Notes under the pieces: generated by a model
What the model was told of the DNA's origin: nothing
The model's database searches: none
The model's input: only the letters and a program-made list of their open reading frames with translations
Translations under genes and position numbers: made by a program
Shown here: positions 13,617 to 27,000 of the stretch, in pieces
Position numbering within the stretch: the first letter of the stretch is position 1
How the letters are laid out: every line of letters begins with the position of its first letter
Assembly: GCA_052426225.1 (NCBI GenBank)
Contig: JBNJNM010000013.1
Span: forward strand, 62,001 to 126,000
DNA: 64,000 nt
Direction: 5' to 3'
From: Zancudomyces culisetae HAW-14-8
Lineage: Eukaryota; Fungi; Kickxellomycota

Positions 13617-14445
13617 TTATTTCTTTCCCTTCTTGACTTCTACTGGAGCGGCTTCCTCAGCTGCGGCAGCTGCGACGGTACGGGCTATTAATGTCATTCA
13701 AAATAATAAAGGTTAGGGTGTGCCCAAATATTCCGAGTATTCATTATCGTGTTAACAAAATGTTAAAACGATTATGTGACATTGTGCTAAAGTAACAAAA
13801 CAACAATAATAGCTCCAAAGACTTACTGTAAATTAGTTGAGATCCGTGTGATGAAATCAACTTGATTGATCCGTTGGCGTGGAGGTCTCTCAAGGCACGA
13901 CGAGCCAAAGATCCGTTGATTTTCAATCTGTCAACAAGAATCGATGGTGTGATGAGTTTGTAGGCTGGGATTTCCTTCTTTACCTTCTCCAATGTTGGTG
14001 CATCAAAGGTGATGGCGTTGTTAACCTTATCCTTGGTCTTTCCCTTTGACCACTTCTTCTTGTTCTTGTTTGATGCTACTGGTGCCTGTAATTTTAGATA
14101 TAACACATATTAGATTTGATGTTCCATACAAAAAGATAGCAATCTCAAAGTCGACCATCTGTATGACAGGAATTTCCGAAATATGTGGCTTTAATCGTCA
14201 TTTTATCGAATCCACAACATTAAGTACGTTTGAAGACTTGTGTAAAAACAACATTTCACTTTCGGATTCAACTCCAAATTAACAAAAATTACGGATTCGC
14301 CACGATTATTAACCTTCTGAAAAATTTACAACCCGTAAACCAAACAGCAAACCCAGCATGTATTCTTTTATGCCAGCCGCTTATATCCCTTTCATACAGT
14401 TTATCAACACATCTAAATATTAGTCTATATATCCGTACTTACCAT
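13617..14445 (-). CDS. RPS25: 40S ribosomal protein S25 (eS25), 3 exons
   Basis: ATG|GTAAGT at 14445. Exon 2 reads APVASNKNKKKWSKGKTKDKVNNA...LITPSILVDRLKINGSLARRAL. Exon 3 ends ...EVKKGKK*. Confidence 0.95.
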
Positions 14446-16028
14446 TTTTACGATCTTTAATTTACAACTGACCTTAAGAAAGAAAGGACTTTTTTTTTAT
14501 TAACTTTGTAGTTTTACCTATTTTCTACATCCAAATTCTTTTTTTTTTTGAAGTTGTAATTATATCGGTTAGAACATTTTCATTGGCTAAACAATTTGTA
14601 ATGGATTTTGTTAAAATGTATTGTTTTAATTTGGGGAAATTCAAATTGTAAACTAAAATCCCCTACCAAAAAAATCAGCAGGGTTAAAGCTGACAAAAAA
14701 AAATCTCATTAGCCAAAACTTAGCCTATTCAACAAGGCATTTTCTGCAACAATATTAAGCTCACAGTTATGTGACCAAGTCTGGGAATACGCTACGAAAA
14801 TAAGGAAGAATGGAAAGTTGTAGTTAATTTAGGACTTTTTGACGTGAATGCACAACTTTTGGTCCCTTAGCTACACTACTGGGCGCAACACAAACCCCGT
14901 GGTCTGTGAGCGAGTGTGTGCGTGTGAAGCAGAGATAAAGATAGAGATAGAGATAGATGAGACGTTGAAAGTACAAACTGTTATTGAAACCAAGGATAAT
15001 AGCAATAGCAATTGATATGGCGCACAAGAAATACTATGCTTATACATGTGTTCGCAGCATGCGTACTCAAAAGTTTTCATAGAGTCTTTATTCGTTGGTA
15101 ATTAAAGTAATAGTATCTCCAACTGAACTACATTTTTTACCATTTATGTTTTTTCTACTTTTCTTGTACCCGCTATACGTCGCAAAAATAATTCAATACT
15201 TGAAACTCTCTACTAAGTAAATGTACATTATATATATCATTTACCAACTAACCATCAGTATGTGGTGTTCAGTGATAATTTTGAAGCAGCTACGCTGGGA
15301 AACTATATTTACATTCTTCAATAGTTTCTTCGTTCATTAGCCTTGACTTTCTCGAATACTATAAAAAAAAACGCATTAGCATAGAAGTAAATAAATGCTG
15401 TTGGTTTCTAATAGGGCTATTCATAAGCTCACTTTTATTCCTGTGCATACCCTTTTTTTGCTCTAGTCCAAGTAAGCAAACCTACACAAAGAAAGGTTAC
15501 TTGGATAAAGTGGTGAAAGAGCCGGATTTCAATTTAGCCCTTACTCCACAGTTCTATTTGCTATTAGACTTCTGCGTATACGCGAATCACTTGTGACTAT
15601 ACGTTCCATAGTCAATTCTAAATATTAAAATAAATGGCTCGGTGCTAGCAATCACCTGAAAAACAATCGGCAACTTGATTCATGACCAAGCATTTGCAAA
15701 ACGGCATAAAGCAGGAACCGCTTCTTTTTATTTTTATTTTATTTTTTTGCAGTAGTGGGTAGTTTAGTGGATGTGGAATATGTAAAGCTCTAGATCATCT
15801 TTAATATAACACAGCAAATGTTTAATTTTTTCTACTCAATGTACCTCTGTGCAATTTTTCTAGTACTGGATTAAGAGGCGACATTTAATATATAAATGCT
15901 GTAATGACTAAAAAAAACGGGTTTTACGTAATATTTCGTGATTTATCGTTTCAAAGTACATTGCAAGCGCCGTAAAAATTAAATCGCTGTCTTTAATGCA
16001 ATAACTCGACTCAAAGTGGAAAGCAATA

Positions 16029-18899
16029 ATGGCAGCTAGTGAAAAATCAAAAAAAAGTTTGGTTAAAGAAAAAGCGGGAAAAGCTAGCCAAACCAACTCT
16101 AGAAATAACAAGGCATCAGGAACGGTGACTCGATCTGAATCAGTAGAAGGCATAAAAGACAACACTCCTCCAAGTTTAGAGAATAAAAAAAATAATGGAT
16201 ACCGTCTAGCAGTTGGAAGTAAAAATGAAAACAGCAGTAATACTGATACGGAGCGCCTGGTTGAGCAAATAAATACAGAAAATAGGGATTCACAGTATAT
16301 CAAAATGTCACAGACCCCAGAAGAACCAGGTGATTCGATGAATAAATTCAAATCAGGATCAGCCGAAACAACGCCTGGTGCAAGCAAACTGAAGCAGAAA
16401 AGCAAACCTGGGGTCTCAAAAAGTATGGGCAGATTCTTCAGAAAAAAAACTGTGTTTAATACACTCTTTGGGATAGCCAGCTTGAGCATTTTTCTGCTGG
16501 TGATGCTACCTGCAGCAAACGCGGGTATTGTAATTTCTGAGCGCAGGAGGTTGGTGCATAAAGGAAAAGAAATAAATACCGAGAATGAAGCCAGTGCTGT
16601 AGGCATACCTTCAGTTGGAAACGATGGTTCCAAACAGTTTAGATTAAGAGTAATCCATACGAACGATTTGCACGCAAAAATTGATCCTTTTTCATGGAAG
16701 AAGCATGGTGAAAGTTGCAAGATATTCGACCACAACTTGGATTCTAAGGAGTGCCCTGGTGGGTTGGCAAGAGTATATAGTGTAATAAACAAACTGCGAT
16801 CAGATGAAAAACTAAAAAAAGAAGGCTATGAATCGCTTTTGATTGATGCCGGAGATCAGCTGCAAGGTAGTTTATATTATAGCTATTACAAGGGTGATGC
16901 AATGGCAAACATTATTAAGAATTTTGGATATGATGCAATGACACTGGGGAACCACGAGTTTGATGAAGGGCCTCTCCGGTTGGCAGAGTACTTAGAAAAA
17001 CACAAGATCCCTGTAGTAAGCTCAAATGTTGTAGTTGATAAAGAGAGGCTGGGGAAATTGGATAAGCTCCTGAAAAAAAACTATGTAATACCTAGACTTA
17101 AGCTAGGGTTTATTGGGCTCACTACTCTTGATACAGCCTGGTCGAGTTCTGGCGGAAAATATGTGAATTTTACAAACTATGTTGATGCTGTCAATCGTGA
17201 GATCAAGAACCTGAAAGGCCAGGGAATCAATCGTATAATTTTGATTTCGCATATAGGATACGCACAAGACAAGCAATTGGCGGAAAAGATAGACAAGGGT
17301 GTAAGTTTGATTATAGGAGGACATAGCCACACATATTTATCGCCTACATTTTCAGAATCAAAGAAACGAGGTACAAAAAAGGATGAAGACGCAGAGGGGG
17401 AAAAGAAACAAAATGAAGCTCGCGGGAAGTACCCAACTGTGATAAGCAACGGAAACTGGAATACAACTATTGTGCAAGCGAAATGCTGGGGTGAATATGT
17501 TGGCTGTCTGGATGTTGTTTTTGACGAGAACGGGCAAATAATCGATAACTTTACCAAAGGTGTTACAGTTCATGTGGATAACAGTACTCAATCTGATCCC
17601 ATTATTGAGAAAGAAATTGAAAAGTACCGAACACCATTGTTAGAGTTTATGAACCAAAAAGTTGGAGAAACAAAAAAAGATATAAAATATATTGATTTTT
17701 CCAAGACCGAAGGACCGGCTAGTGTAAGAGCTGAATCAGAAATGGGTAATCTCGTAACCAGGGCAATTCTTTTATTTTCAAGGGCTCTTCCACAAAAGAA
17801 TCGCAGCGGAATGTCTCATAAATCATCTAACAGCACGGATGCTGATACATCTACATCTAATGAGAACAATGAGTACGATGTTGCCTTTTCACTTATTAGC
17901 TCAGGAACAGTAAGAGCAGGTTTAAAAGCAGGTCCAATTTTGCGAAAGGATATCGTTCGGGCAATACCATACGATAACAACATAGCAATTCTGCGAACAA
18001 GTGGTAAAGTTATTCTCGAATCCTTGAAAGCAATGTTGTTGGGAGCAAGACAGGATCAGCCTTATTCAGCCAACAAAGATAGTGATAGTAGTGTGGGTGT
18101 TGAAAAGAAACAAGGTGGTGATGAGGCTGAAAAGATGCGACGAGAAGCAAAGAAAAAGGTCCGTGGGTTTGTGTATATGGACGGAATACGATTTAATTAT
18201 ACCCGAGTCTTTAAACGGGTCAAAACAACCAATAATGATATAAAACCAAAATACATATCAGTCGACATCCTTGACAAAGTGTATGTGCAAACAGAACCAA
18301 ACATCCGAAGCTCGAATTTCAGTTTGCACATCAAAGACTGGGAGTTGCTTGACCCTAAAAAGAATTATACATTTTCTACAATTGACTTTGTTGCCAATGG
18401 TGGTGATAATATTTTTGACAGAAGCAAAGGAGATATTGTGGATTTGACATTTGGCTACAACAAGCTTTTTGCGAGTCAAAACGTAACAGATACTTCCAAC
18501 ACAACTATTACTCAGAGTGCCACTCAAAGTATTACTCAAAGCATTACCCAAAGCGTTACTCAAAGCATTAGTCAACTTGAAACCTCGGATGCTGATAAAA
18601 AGGCTCGACTTGCAAAGGAGCTTGTGCAAAAACACAAAATTCCGTTTTCTGGAAAGGGAGTTGATTACCTTTCAAAGTTCCAGCTTGAACACATAAACAG
18701 AAACAAACTGAGACTCGCAAAGAAATTCAAGTTTAAGGAGGATTTGACTGAAAACGAAAGAGTGCTACTGGGAATGAACAAAGTGCCTATCGTGAACATC
18801 GTTGCCAGACTAGCCGTTGAGATGTATCTCGATCTTGAATCACCCATATCGCCCGTTCTTGATGGAAGGTGTGTTAACAACGGGCCGTTATTCTCTTGA
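16029..18899 (+). CDS. 5'-nucleotidase/apyrase family metallophosphoesterase with N-terminal membrane anchor
   Basis: HTNDLH, DAGD, TLGNHEFD and IIGGHSH motifs plus the C-terminal 5'-NT domain (ESEMGNLV, TIDFVANGGD). Hydrophobic segment LFGIASLSIFLLVMLPAA at about aa 145-165. Intronless. Confidence 0.92.
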   Translation: MAASEKSKKSLVKEKAGKASQTNSRNNKASGTVTRSESVEGIKDNTPPSLENKKNNGYRLAVGSKNENSSNTDTERLVEQINTENRDSQYIKMSQTPEEPGDSMNKFKSGSAETTPGASKLKQKSKPGVSKSMGRFFRKKTVFNTLFGIASLSIFLLVMLPAANAGIVISERRRLVHKGKEINTENEASAVGIPSVGNDGSKQFRLRVIHTNDLHAKIDPFSWKKHGESCKIFDHNLDSKECPGGLARVYSVINKLRSDEKLKKEGYESLLIDAGDQLQGSLYYSYYKGDAMANIIKNFGYDAMTLGNHEFDEGPLRLAEYLEKHKIPVVSSNVVVDKERLGKLDKLLKKNYVIPRLKLGFIGLTTLDTAWSSSGGKYVNFTNYVDAVNREIKNLKGQGINRIILISHIGYAQDKQLAEKIDKGVSLIIGGHSHTYLSPTFSESKKRGTKKDEDAEGEKKQNEARGKYPTVISNGNWNTTIVQAKCWGEYVGCLDVVFDENGQIIDNFTKGVTVHVDNSTQSDPIIEKEIEKYRTPLLEFMNQKVGETKKDIKYIDFSKTEGPASVRAESEMGNLVTRAILLFSRALPQKNRSGMSHKSSNSTDADTSTSNENNEYDVAFSLISSGTVRAGLKAGPILRKDIVRAIPYDNNIAILRTSGKVILESLKAMLLGARQDQPYSANKDSDSSVGVEKKQGGDEAEKMRREAKKKVRGFVYMDGIRFNYTRVFKRVKTTNNDIKPKYISVDILDKVYVQTEPNIRSSNFSLHIKDWELLDPKKNYTFSTIDFVANGGDNIFDRSKGDIVDLTFGYNKLFASQNVTDTSNTTITQSATQSITQSITQSVTQSISQLETSDADKKARLAKELVQKHKIPFSGKGVDYLSKFQLEHINRNKLRLAKKFKFKEDLTENERVLLGMNKVPIVNIVARLAVEMYLDLESPISPVLDGRCVNNGPLFS
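18507..18575 (+). repeat. 12-nt coding tandem repeat (ITQS-like, about 6 copies) in the nucleotidase
   Basis: attactcagagt gccactcaaagt attactcaaagc attacccaaagc gttactcaaagc attagtcaa. Confidence 0.85.
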
Positions 18900-19099
18900 T
18901 TTCATCATAGATGTTTGAAACGGTTAGTGCGAGAGAGAGAGGGGGGAAGAGGAAAAGAAAGGGAAAGAGGCAAGTTGTACTAGCTTTAGTTTTTAACTTT
19001 CTCATATATTATTATTTTAGATTACAAACATTTTTTTTTCTTTTCGTATATAAAACAATAGAGGAATAATGTAATAGAATAAAAATTGATTTTTTAAAG

Positions 19100-19121
19100 T
19101 ACACACACACACACACACACA
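19100..19121. repeat. (AC)n microsatellite
   Basis: acacacacacacacacacac. Confidence 0.9.
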
Positions 19122-19384
19122 AAACCAGTGATGAGGATTTATGTCTAGAGGGGGAGAGGGAAGGGGGAAGGTGAAGAGGGGAATTTACCAGACTATAAAC
19201 ATGGTATTGTTATCTATATTGCTTTTCTTGATTACAATCGCTCTTTTAATTGAATGATAATGAGAAACAATATAAAATAATACTAAAAAAAGCAAAGGTA
19301 ATGCAATGTAAAGTAAGGGTATAGCTAAGAGTTAACAAATCTTAAGAATTTCTGAACTCCATGAATATATCCTTTTCTAGTAAA

Positions 19385-19426
19385 TAAAACTAAAACTAAA
19401 ACTAAAACTAAAACTAAAACTAAAAC
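19385..19426. repeat. (TAAAAC)7 hexamer microsatellite just 3' of the CBK1 stop
   Basis: Direct reading of lines 19381-19430. Confidence 0.9.
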
Positions 19427-19464
19427 CAATTCAAAACTACGGTCAACTCAAAATCGGAAACCTA

Positions 19465-21201
19465 CTAAAACACATTTTTCTTTGACAGCATGTCAAATTT
19501 CTTGAACGTATAGCCCACAAAAGCCAAGTCTCTCTTGGAGTCGGGGTTTACGGTATCTATTATTTAGTAAAATACCAACCACAAAATTAGACCAAAATGA
19601 ATAAGGTTTTTTTGTGCTGAAATATTAAAACGATGTATGTGGCTCGAAAAACGCAAGTACATAGAATACAAAAACTTACCTCCAGTATAATATAAGTCAT
19701 CAAACAAGGAAGGAGACTGATCAATTTCATCAATGGGAAAGTGAGAAGTATCTGTGATGCTATTTAGAGGTGGAATCCAAGGCGGCTGCGTATGGGATCT
19801 CAAATGCTCCCAATCTACACCATTAAAAAACGGATGCTGTTTTAGTTCCTCAGCTCCGTTCCCGCCAAGCCTGCGTTCTCTATCACAAAGCAACGAACGA
19901 ATCAAGTGTACCGATGCGTTTGACAGGTTTACATCCGGTGGAAATGACAAATGCTCTTTCCAGTGAATAATCTTTTTATAGGTATCCTGGGAAGATTCAC
20001 TACAAAAAGGTGGATAGCCCACCAAACACTCATACATAATTGCACCCATTGACCACCAATCACACGCCTTATCGTAGCCCTGTTGTAGAAAAATTTCTGG
20101 TGCTATATAATCAGGGGTTCCAACAGTTGAATAGGCAAGCTGCCGCCGGTTCTTTTTCCATGTCATTAGCTTTTCTTTGCTGGAAAAGGTCAAGAAAATT
20201 TCTTTTGTGCTCGAAACTGTGTCCGAAACAAATTCGCCGTCTTTTTGTTTTTCTAGATTTTTAATCAAGTTGGAGTAATAGCTGCTATCGTGATGTTTGT
20301 GTAGCCCCGTCGATAATCCAAAGTCCGAAAGCTTAATATGCCCATCTCTGCATATCAAAATATTGTCGGGTTTGATATCACGATGCACAAAACCCAACCG
20401 ATGTATGTCAGCAATCGCCAATATACATTCAGCCATGTAAAATCTTGTTACATCTTCTGGAAATATATCATACTTTATCAGCATAGTCATCAGGTCACCT
20501 CCTGGTAAAAACTCCATTATCATATAAAGACACCGATTATCTTGAAACGAAAAATACAGCTCAACAACCCACGGCGAGTCTGAGCCTGCGAGAACATCTC
20601 TTTCTGCTCGCACGTGTGCCATCTGGTCTTTCTTTATCATATCTGACTTTCGCAATATCTTCATCGCATAAATTTTACCCGTATCCCTCTGCTGTACCAA
20701 CCGAACCTCGCCAAAGGCCCCCTTGCCTATAATTTTTACGGTTTGGAAATCTTGAACACCTAGCCGTGTCCGTCTTAGTCTTAAATATCCTCCCTCCTTG
20801 ATCCCCAATCCCACAAGCTGTCTACTCCTTCGTTCATCTGATCCTGGATCTGCTTGTAGCTTTCTTTCTAGCTCTGACCTTCTCTGGTTCCGCTCAATAC
20901 ATTGTAGCACTAAATCCTTGTAGAACGCTTCAACTTTTAGTCTCGTTTTGGCTGCTTTTTCTATTGTCTTTTTTGATATGCCTTTGGTATCTCTGACGTA
21001 TTTATTTTTGTTTGTTTTCGCCTCCTCCCTACTATTTGCCATCATACTGTTTGACGTTTTTACACTAGTAATTTCTAAATCTACGTTATATTCCTCTGAT
21101 TCCCCATGCCGCACAAGTGCCCCTGTGGTACTACTCTCCCCTCCTTCTGGCTCTTTTATACTCATGTATCGAAAATCCTCTATTATCTTTTCCTTATTCA
21201 T
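19465..21201 (-). CDS. CBK1: NDR/LATS family Ser/Thr kinase (Cbk1/Orb6/Cot-1)
   Basis: LRLRRTRL N-terminal regulatory region, [16 protein letters not shown] and [15 protein letters not shown]. The last exon (after an intron at about 19680-19557) gives the hydrophobic motif [12 protein letters not shown]. Confidence 0.95.
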
Positions 21202-24084
21202 TTTTTTAATATGTTTCCTTTTTTTTCAGTATACAGTCGTTTTATCGATAGACTTATATATTTTTTATTCCTCGACTTCAATTTTTAGAAAAAACTAGTT
21301 GTAAAAGTTACGCTCGTATAGATATAATCTTGGCTATATGCTTCTCCTTTTCTATCGGCTTATTTTTGTTCTTGATTGATTGATCTTTTATATATAGTTT
21401 GTTTCAAGTAACAGAACTAGAATTCAGTTTGTTTTCTTTCTTTCTTTCAAATTCGCTTTGTTTATTGTACCTATGTCTAAACCACACAGCCCATTTATAT
21501 ATATGTTTCACTTTTCTCAAATACACCTAAATTTTCCCTTCACCTTTCCCTCCAGCTCTTCTAAATTTATTCCTTTATTTGAGGGTATCTTTCTGTTACA
21601 TCCAAATTGTTCGATTGTTCAATAGTTCAACAGTTCATGCGAATCAACTATTTCTACAAACAATTATCAATAGTAATTCAAGGTTTACTTTGGTCGACAG
21701 TCGTTACTTACTTTTGGAATGTAGCCCGTTTATATTTTATCTATTTTTTTGTTGTGTTGGTGCTTAGCCTATTTTTCTTTTACTAGTTTGATATTTCAAG
21801 TAATTGGAAAAGCTCGATACGAATAATTTCTTTTGTTAGTACACATCTACTACTAGCGAATTGTGTTACGTAAAACGGCCTTGTAGCAAGCTCTGGAGCG
21901 TTTTGATTGTGTTTGAATTTGTAATTACTTTTTATTTTTGCTATTATTGTTGCCTTTTTTTAACTTTTTAGCTACTTGTTTTTGCTTATTTAGAAAACGT
22001 GAACATTTCACATCAACAAGAAAAAATTAAAAAATTAGGTTTTCCCTTAATTTTGTTTGTTTATTATTGTCGGGAAAAAGTATATTTTGAATCTACGTTT
22101 TGGGTAGATTTTATACTGATGAATGGGGGAGGGGGGGGTTTCGCTATTGCTAAACCTCCATTTTTTTTTTCATCTGACCTTAACTCTGCTAATGAGCGGG
22201 TTTAGGGCCAGTGATTTTTTTAGGAATTGTGGGACCTGTATGGATTCTCTATTTGGCTTTTGGTTTTAATTGCTTTTTTCACAATTTATTCACTTACTTT
22301 TGCCATTTTGTTTGAAAAATTAATTTCAAGTCACGCCCTGAGCCCCACGCGAAGTTTCTTATTGACCTATCACATTGAATAGACAGCTGTAACATGGCTT
22401 GAAAATTTGATTTGAAAGATGAAACCGAAAACTGTAAATTGCTCCTTATTTCATAATTCCGGAATTTGGACCCTGGATTTTAGTTTTAGTCTGAACATGT
22501 TTTAGCACTTCAATATTACCTGATCCTGGTAGCGTTTAATAAACACCATATACACTTCTTTAACATACTCAAAAACAGGATATTGACTTTTTCCCTCTCC
22601 TTCTCTGTGCTTGACTCGTTGTATATTGAGTATACAGGCAAGATAAGCTACGCCAAACATTTGACAATATTTATACTGATATTTATTTTTTTTGGTTTCA
22701 GTCTTGTAAAACGTAGCCACCCAAAAAATACCCAACGTTCTCCCAAAGAGTCATGCATACTTGAAATATTGTTAAAAAACGTGACCTAAAAAACAACCCA
22801 TGTATTTTTTTTTTCAAAGCAAATTGTATACCACTGCTTTTGTCACAACATCAGCTCTATTCTAGTGGTATAAAATCACACTTATGTGCCCTATTAAGAA
22901 TTTTAGTCGCCGAGCAGGTTAGATGTTGAGAGGTAAAGAGAATAGCAACATAACAAACGCTCAATCGCCTGGGCGAAAAAAAAGTAGTAAAAAGTAATAA
23001 TAAAAAAAGTAATATTCTTTTGTCCATTTTGCGATTTTCCGGAATTTTAAAATAGAAAATCCTAAAGCAACTTTAGTTGAATGATACTGGATTTTCTTGA
23101 TGATTCTCGACAAGTGTCCACTGCTAAAAGATAAATAGATGAACCTAAAGGCTAGCTGCATCATATTTCGATTTGCGGTAGAATCTTATATAGCCTGACA
23201 TCATGGTTTGTATCTTTTGTATCAGTCTTGGTACCTCATTGTATTTGGAGGAAATTTGATAGTATTCCCACAGCTTTACAAGCACAATTATAGAAATAGA
23301 GTGGAAAACGTTTTGCTACAATTGGTTTATTTTTACCCAAGACAAAGAACAGGGTTTTTGCAATTATATGCATAGTTTTGTTTAAATGCTTTGATTACGA
23401 CTTTACAACCAAAAACAAAGAAAGGAAAAATAAAAAGATGGTAAACCAAATTGACCATAAATGGGCATATTTCGAAGGTAAATACGTTCTGTTGAATGTA
23501 TATATAGAGTTTTGACTTGTTTTACACCCTTTACGTCTCAAAAAAATATATACAACTGTATACGTAGCGCTTTGACTCGTTCTATATGTACAAACCATTC
23601 TCACCATACAGTGTGTTTTATAAATTTGTGTTGCTGCTTTTTTCAACACCAGTAGTAAAATTACAAAAACATGGTATTTCGAACCTCTTTTTTTTATCTC
23701 TTATTCTTCATAAAAACTTGCTAGTATAGCTAACAAGGCTGGTTTCCTTTATTTTTTGTCAGTTTTATATACCCTACTAGAACTGGATCATTTTCAACAT
23801 CCTACTATTTAGTTGGGTTCAGGTGATTTTAGCTCATTGCACACATAGACTTTTTAATTGGTGCAAATCAATACCAAACAAACAAAATCGAAAAAAATGA
23901 AAAACGTTACAAATCTAAACCTTTCTACAAAAAATTTTAAGAGGCTAACAGTACAAAACGCTTTGAAATACCCAGAGCATAGCTATTTTACTTTTGGATC
24001 AAAAAGATAATGTAGGAGAATATCCTATTAAAAAGTATGATTAGGATAGTTTCAAACGTATAAATGTAGAAACACTGCACAAAA

Positions 24085-27000
24085 ATGAAGGAGCAAAAAA
24101 ATCTCTTGGACGATATAGAGGAATTAAAGGGATTCCTAGAAACTGAAAAAAGTAAAGGAAATGGAGAGAAATACATGGTAACACAAGAAGATTTACAAGA
24201 GTTTACGCACGAAAAAAGGGATGAAGAAAGAGCTGAAAAAAAAGATGGGGGATATTATGAAGAAGACGATGACGAAGGTGATAATGAAGAGGAGGCATTG
24301 GGGCTGAGATTAGGTCTGGACTACGGGCTGGGGTCGGATATTGGGACAGAGCTAGGGATGGGTCTCGAATATTTTGATGAGCAAGATAGCGAAACTGGAA
24401 GCGAAGGCGAAAGCGAGGCCGAGGCCGAGGGTAAAAGTAGTGGAGAGCAAGAGAAACGAGAACAGCTTTCAAGTATGATTGGGGATTCGAATCATATTCA
24501 AAACGATGGAAACAGGTTTGCAAGCCCCAACAATAAAAGTGGTGGGAAAAGACAGGCAAAGCGTCAAGAGACTGAGATTAGAGATATGATAATGGATGCT
24601 AAAAATGCAGTTGCGGAGCTATTGATGGGATCAGCCGATTGGCAGGAGGGAATAGAAAGTAGAATTGAGGAGAAAATTAACGAAAAGAAAAAGGAGGAGG
24701 AGGAGGAGGAGGATATCTCGGATGATGAAGATAGTTCAGAAGGAGAGCACGAAGAGGAAGAAGAAGAGGAAGAAGAGGAAGAAGAGGAAGGTGAAGGTGA
24801 AGATGAAGGTGAGGAGAAAATTAGATTTCGTACCAACAACGAATATCTTGATGAAAGCGAAGAAATATATGAAGAAGACGAAGGAGACGTTGGTAAGGGA
24901 CGACAACGATATAACACAAGATCCGGATCTAAAGGTAACTATAATTTATATAGTGAGTCTTTTTTTTGGCAATGCTTTGTCTATATGTGGTTAATATTGA
25001 AATGAACGAACTTTAATGAAATGTCTGTGAATGAAAACTAGGGCCCGAGAAAAGTATGCACCACGTAAAAAAAAACAAAACAGGACCGGCGCTGGATACA
25101 GGTACAGGTACAGGTACGGGTACGGGTACGGGTACAGATACAGATATGGATATGGATTCGGATGCGGTTTCAGATGTGGTCTCGGATATGGATATGGACA
25201 TGGATTTGGCTTTAGATATTACGGATGATTCAGATTTGGACTATAAAATGAATACTGACGATGAAGAAAGGGTTAGTGAGGAGGAGATAATACCTGAAGT
25301 CAAGAGAGGTGGGGTTTCAGGAGAAAAGAGAAGAAATGATATAGGGAGGGGATCAAAACTAGGGTTTGATAACGAAGACAGTATATTTTTGCAGCTGTAT
25401 GGAGATGATGAGGATGAGGATGAAGAGGATATTTCGGAAAGTGATGTGGATATATTGGAGGAGAGGTTTAGAGATAGTGTGAAAGACATTACAGGAATAG
25501 GACGTCGAAAAAAGAAAAAAATAAAGCCAGGTAGAAAAAGAGGAAAACACAGAGAATATCGAGATGAAGAGGGGGAGGGGGACGGGGAAGGGGAAGATGA
25601 TGAAAGTGAGGGAGGAGGTAGGAGGAAAGGGAGAAAACGAGGAGCAAACAGGAAAAAGTTAGGGCCAGAGATTCAAGAGTTATTGGGAACGGCAAACATG
25701 CATTATGCCAACCGAGAAGGCGAAAAGGCAATTCCTTTGCTGCAAGAAGTAATCCGTATAGACCCGGGGGTGGCACAAGCATGGCACACATTGGCACTGA
25801 TTCAAGAGGAACAGGGGAATAGAGATCGGGCACTAAAGTTATATCAAATGTCAGCACACTTGGCGCCACGAGACAAGAAGTTGTGGAAAGGACTTGCTGG
25901 GATGTGGAGAAACAAAATGAACAAGATGCGAGAAATTCTTGAGGCACGATGTGGGTACGAAAAAACAGAGAGGATGATTACTGGAATCGAAGAGAGCGAC
26001 GACAATGTAGTAATGGAGACAGTGAGGCAATATGAAAATGCACGAGATCAGCTAATATACAGTCTGGGGAAGGCTATAATGATTGATCGGGAGGATGAAG
26101 GGTTGTTATATGAGCGATTAGCAGCGTTAAGAGAGACACAGAATTACAAAGGTATGCTGCTGTGTTATGGAGGACTGTTAGAACTCCCAAAAGAACAAGC
26201 AAATATGGATCTTGTGCGAGAAGCAGTAGATATGGCCATCGACGAGTTAAGCGAAACGGGAGCTGCGGTGCGGTGGTTATCATTGGCACTGAAAGTTAGA
26301 TACAATGAAAAGTATTTGGGAACGAAAAGTGAAAGGGAAAAGGAAGGGAAAACAAAAGGAGGGAGAAGGAGACCACGACGGCGCAGTGGTTTGCAGAGTG
26401 ATGTTAATATAAAAATGCAGCAGATGGAGTATAAAGATTTGTATAGACTTGTGGATCTGCGGATCAAGCGAAGCGAGTACGAGCAAGGAATATTAGAACT
26501 CAAAAAGGGGGTGAGGTTGCTATTAGGATATGCACAGGAACCCAAAGACAATCAAGAAGCATCTATTTTGGGGAATAAAAGCGATAGAAAGGGGAGTGTC
26601 GAGAATAAATGGGAGGGGCGGGAGCTTGGTGATACAATGGATCGAGAATTTAAGCCTGCAAGGGGGGATGACGGGGAAAATAGAGATTTATTGGAGCCAG
26701 AGCTACGAATAAAGCTGGGACAATGTCGTTTAATGTTGGGTCAGCTGCAGAGTGCAAAGCAACATTTCAGATTGGGATTTGATAGGATTGATTTGCAACA
26801 ATTACAGGATGAAAAAGAAACTGACTCACAATTCCACCAAGCACAGCCTCAATCTCAGGGATTATTAACAACAGGAAAAGTTGTGGATATATATTTTGGA
26901 GTAGCAACATGCTACAAACTCAAGGGTATAACCGATGAGAGTCTGAGCTTGTATATAAAATTGTTAAAATGGCTTGAGGTCAAGTTGGACTCCATATCAA

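Noticed and set aside
16029-18899. Host-derived (mosquito apyrase) horizontal transfer
   Set aside because: Motifs are generic for the family, which occurs in fungi. Being intronless is not evidence, and no phylogeny could be run.
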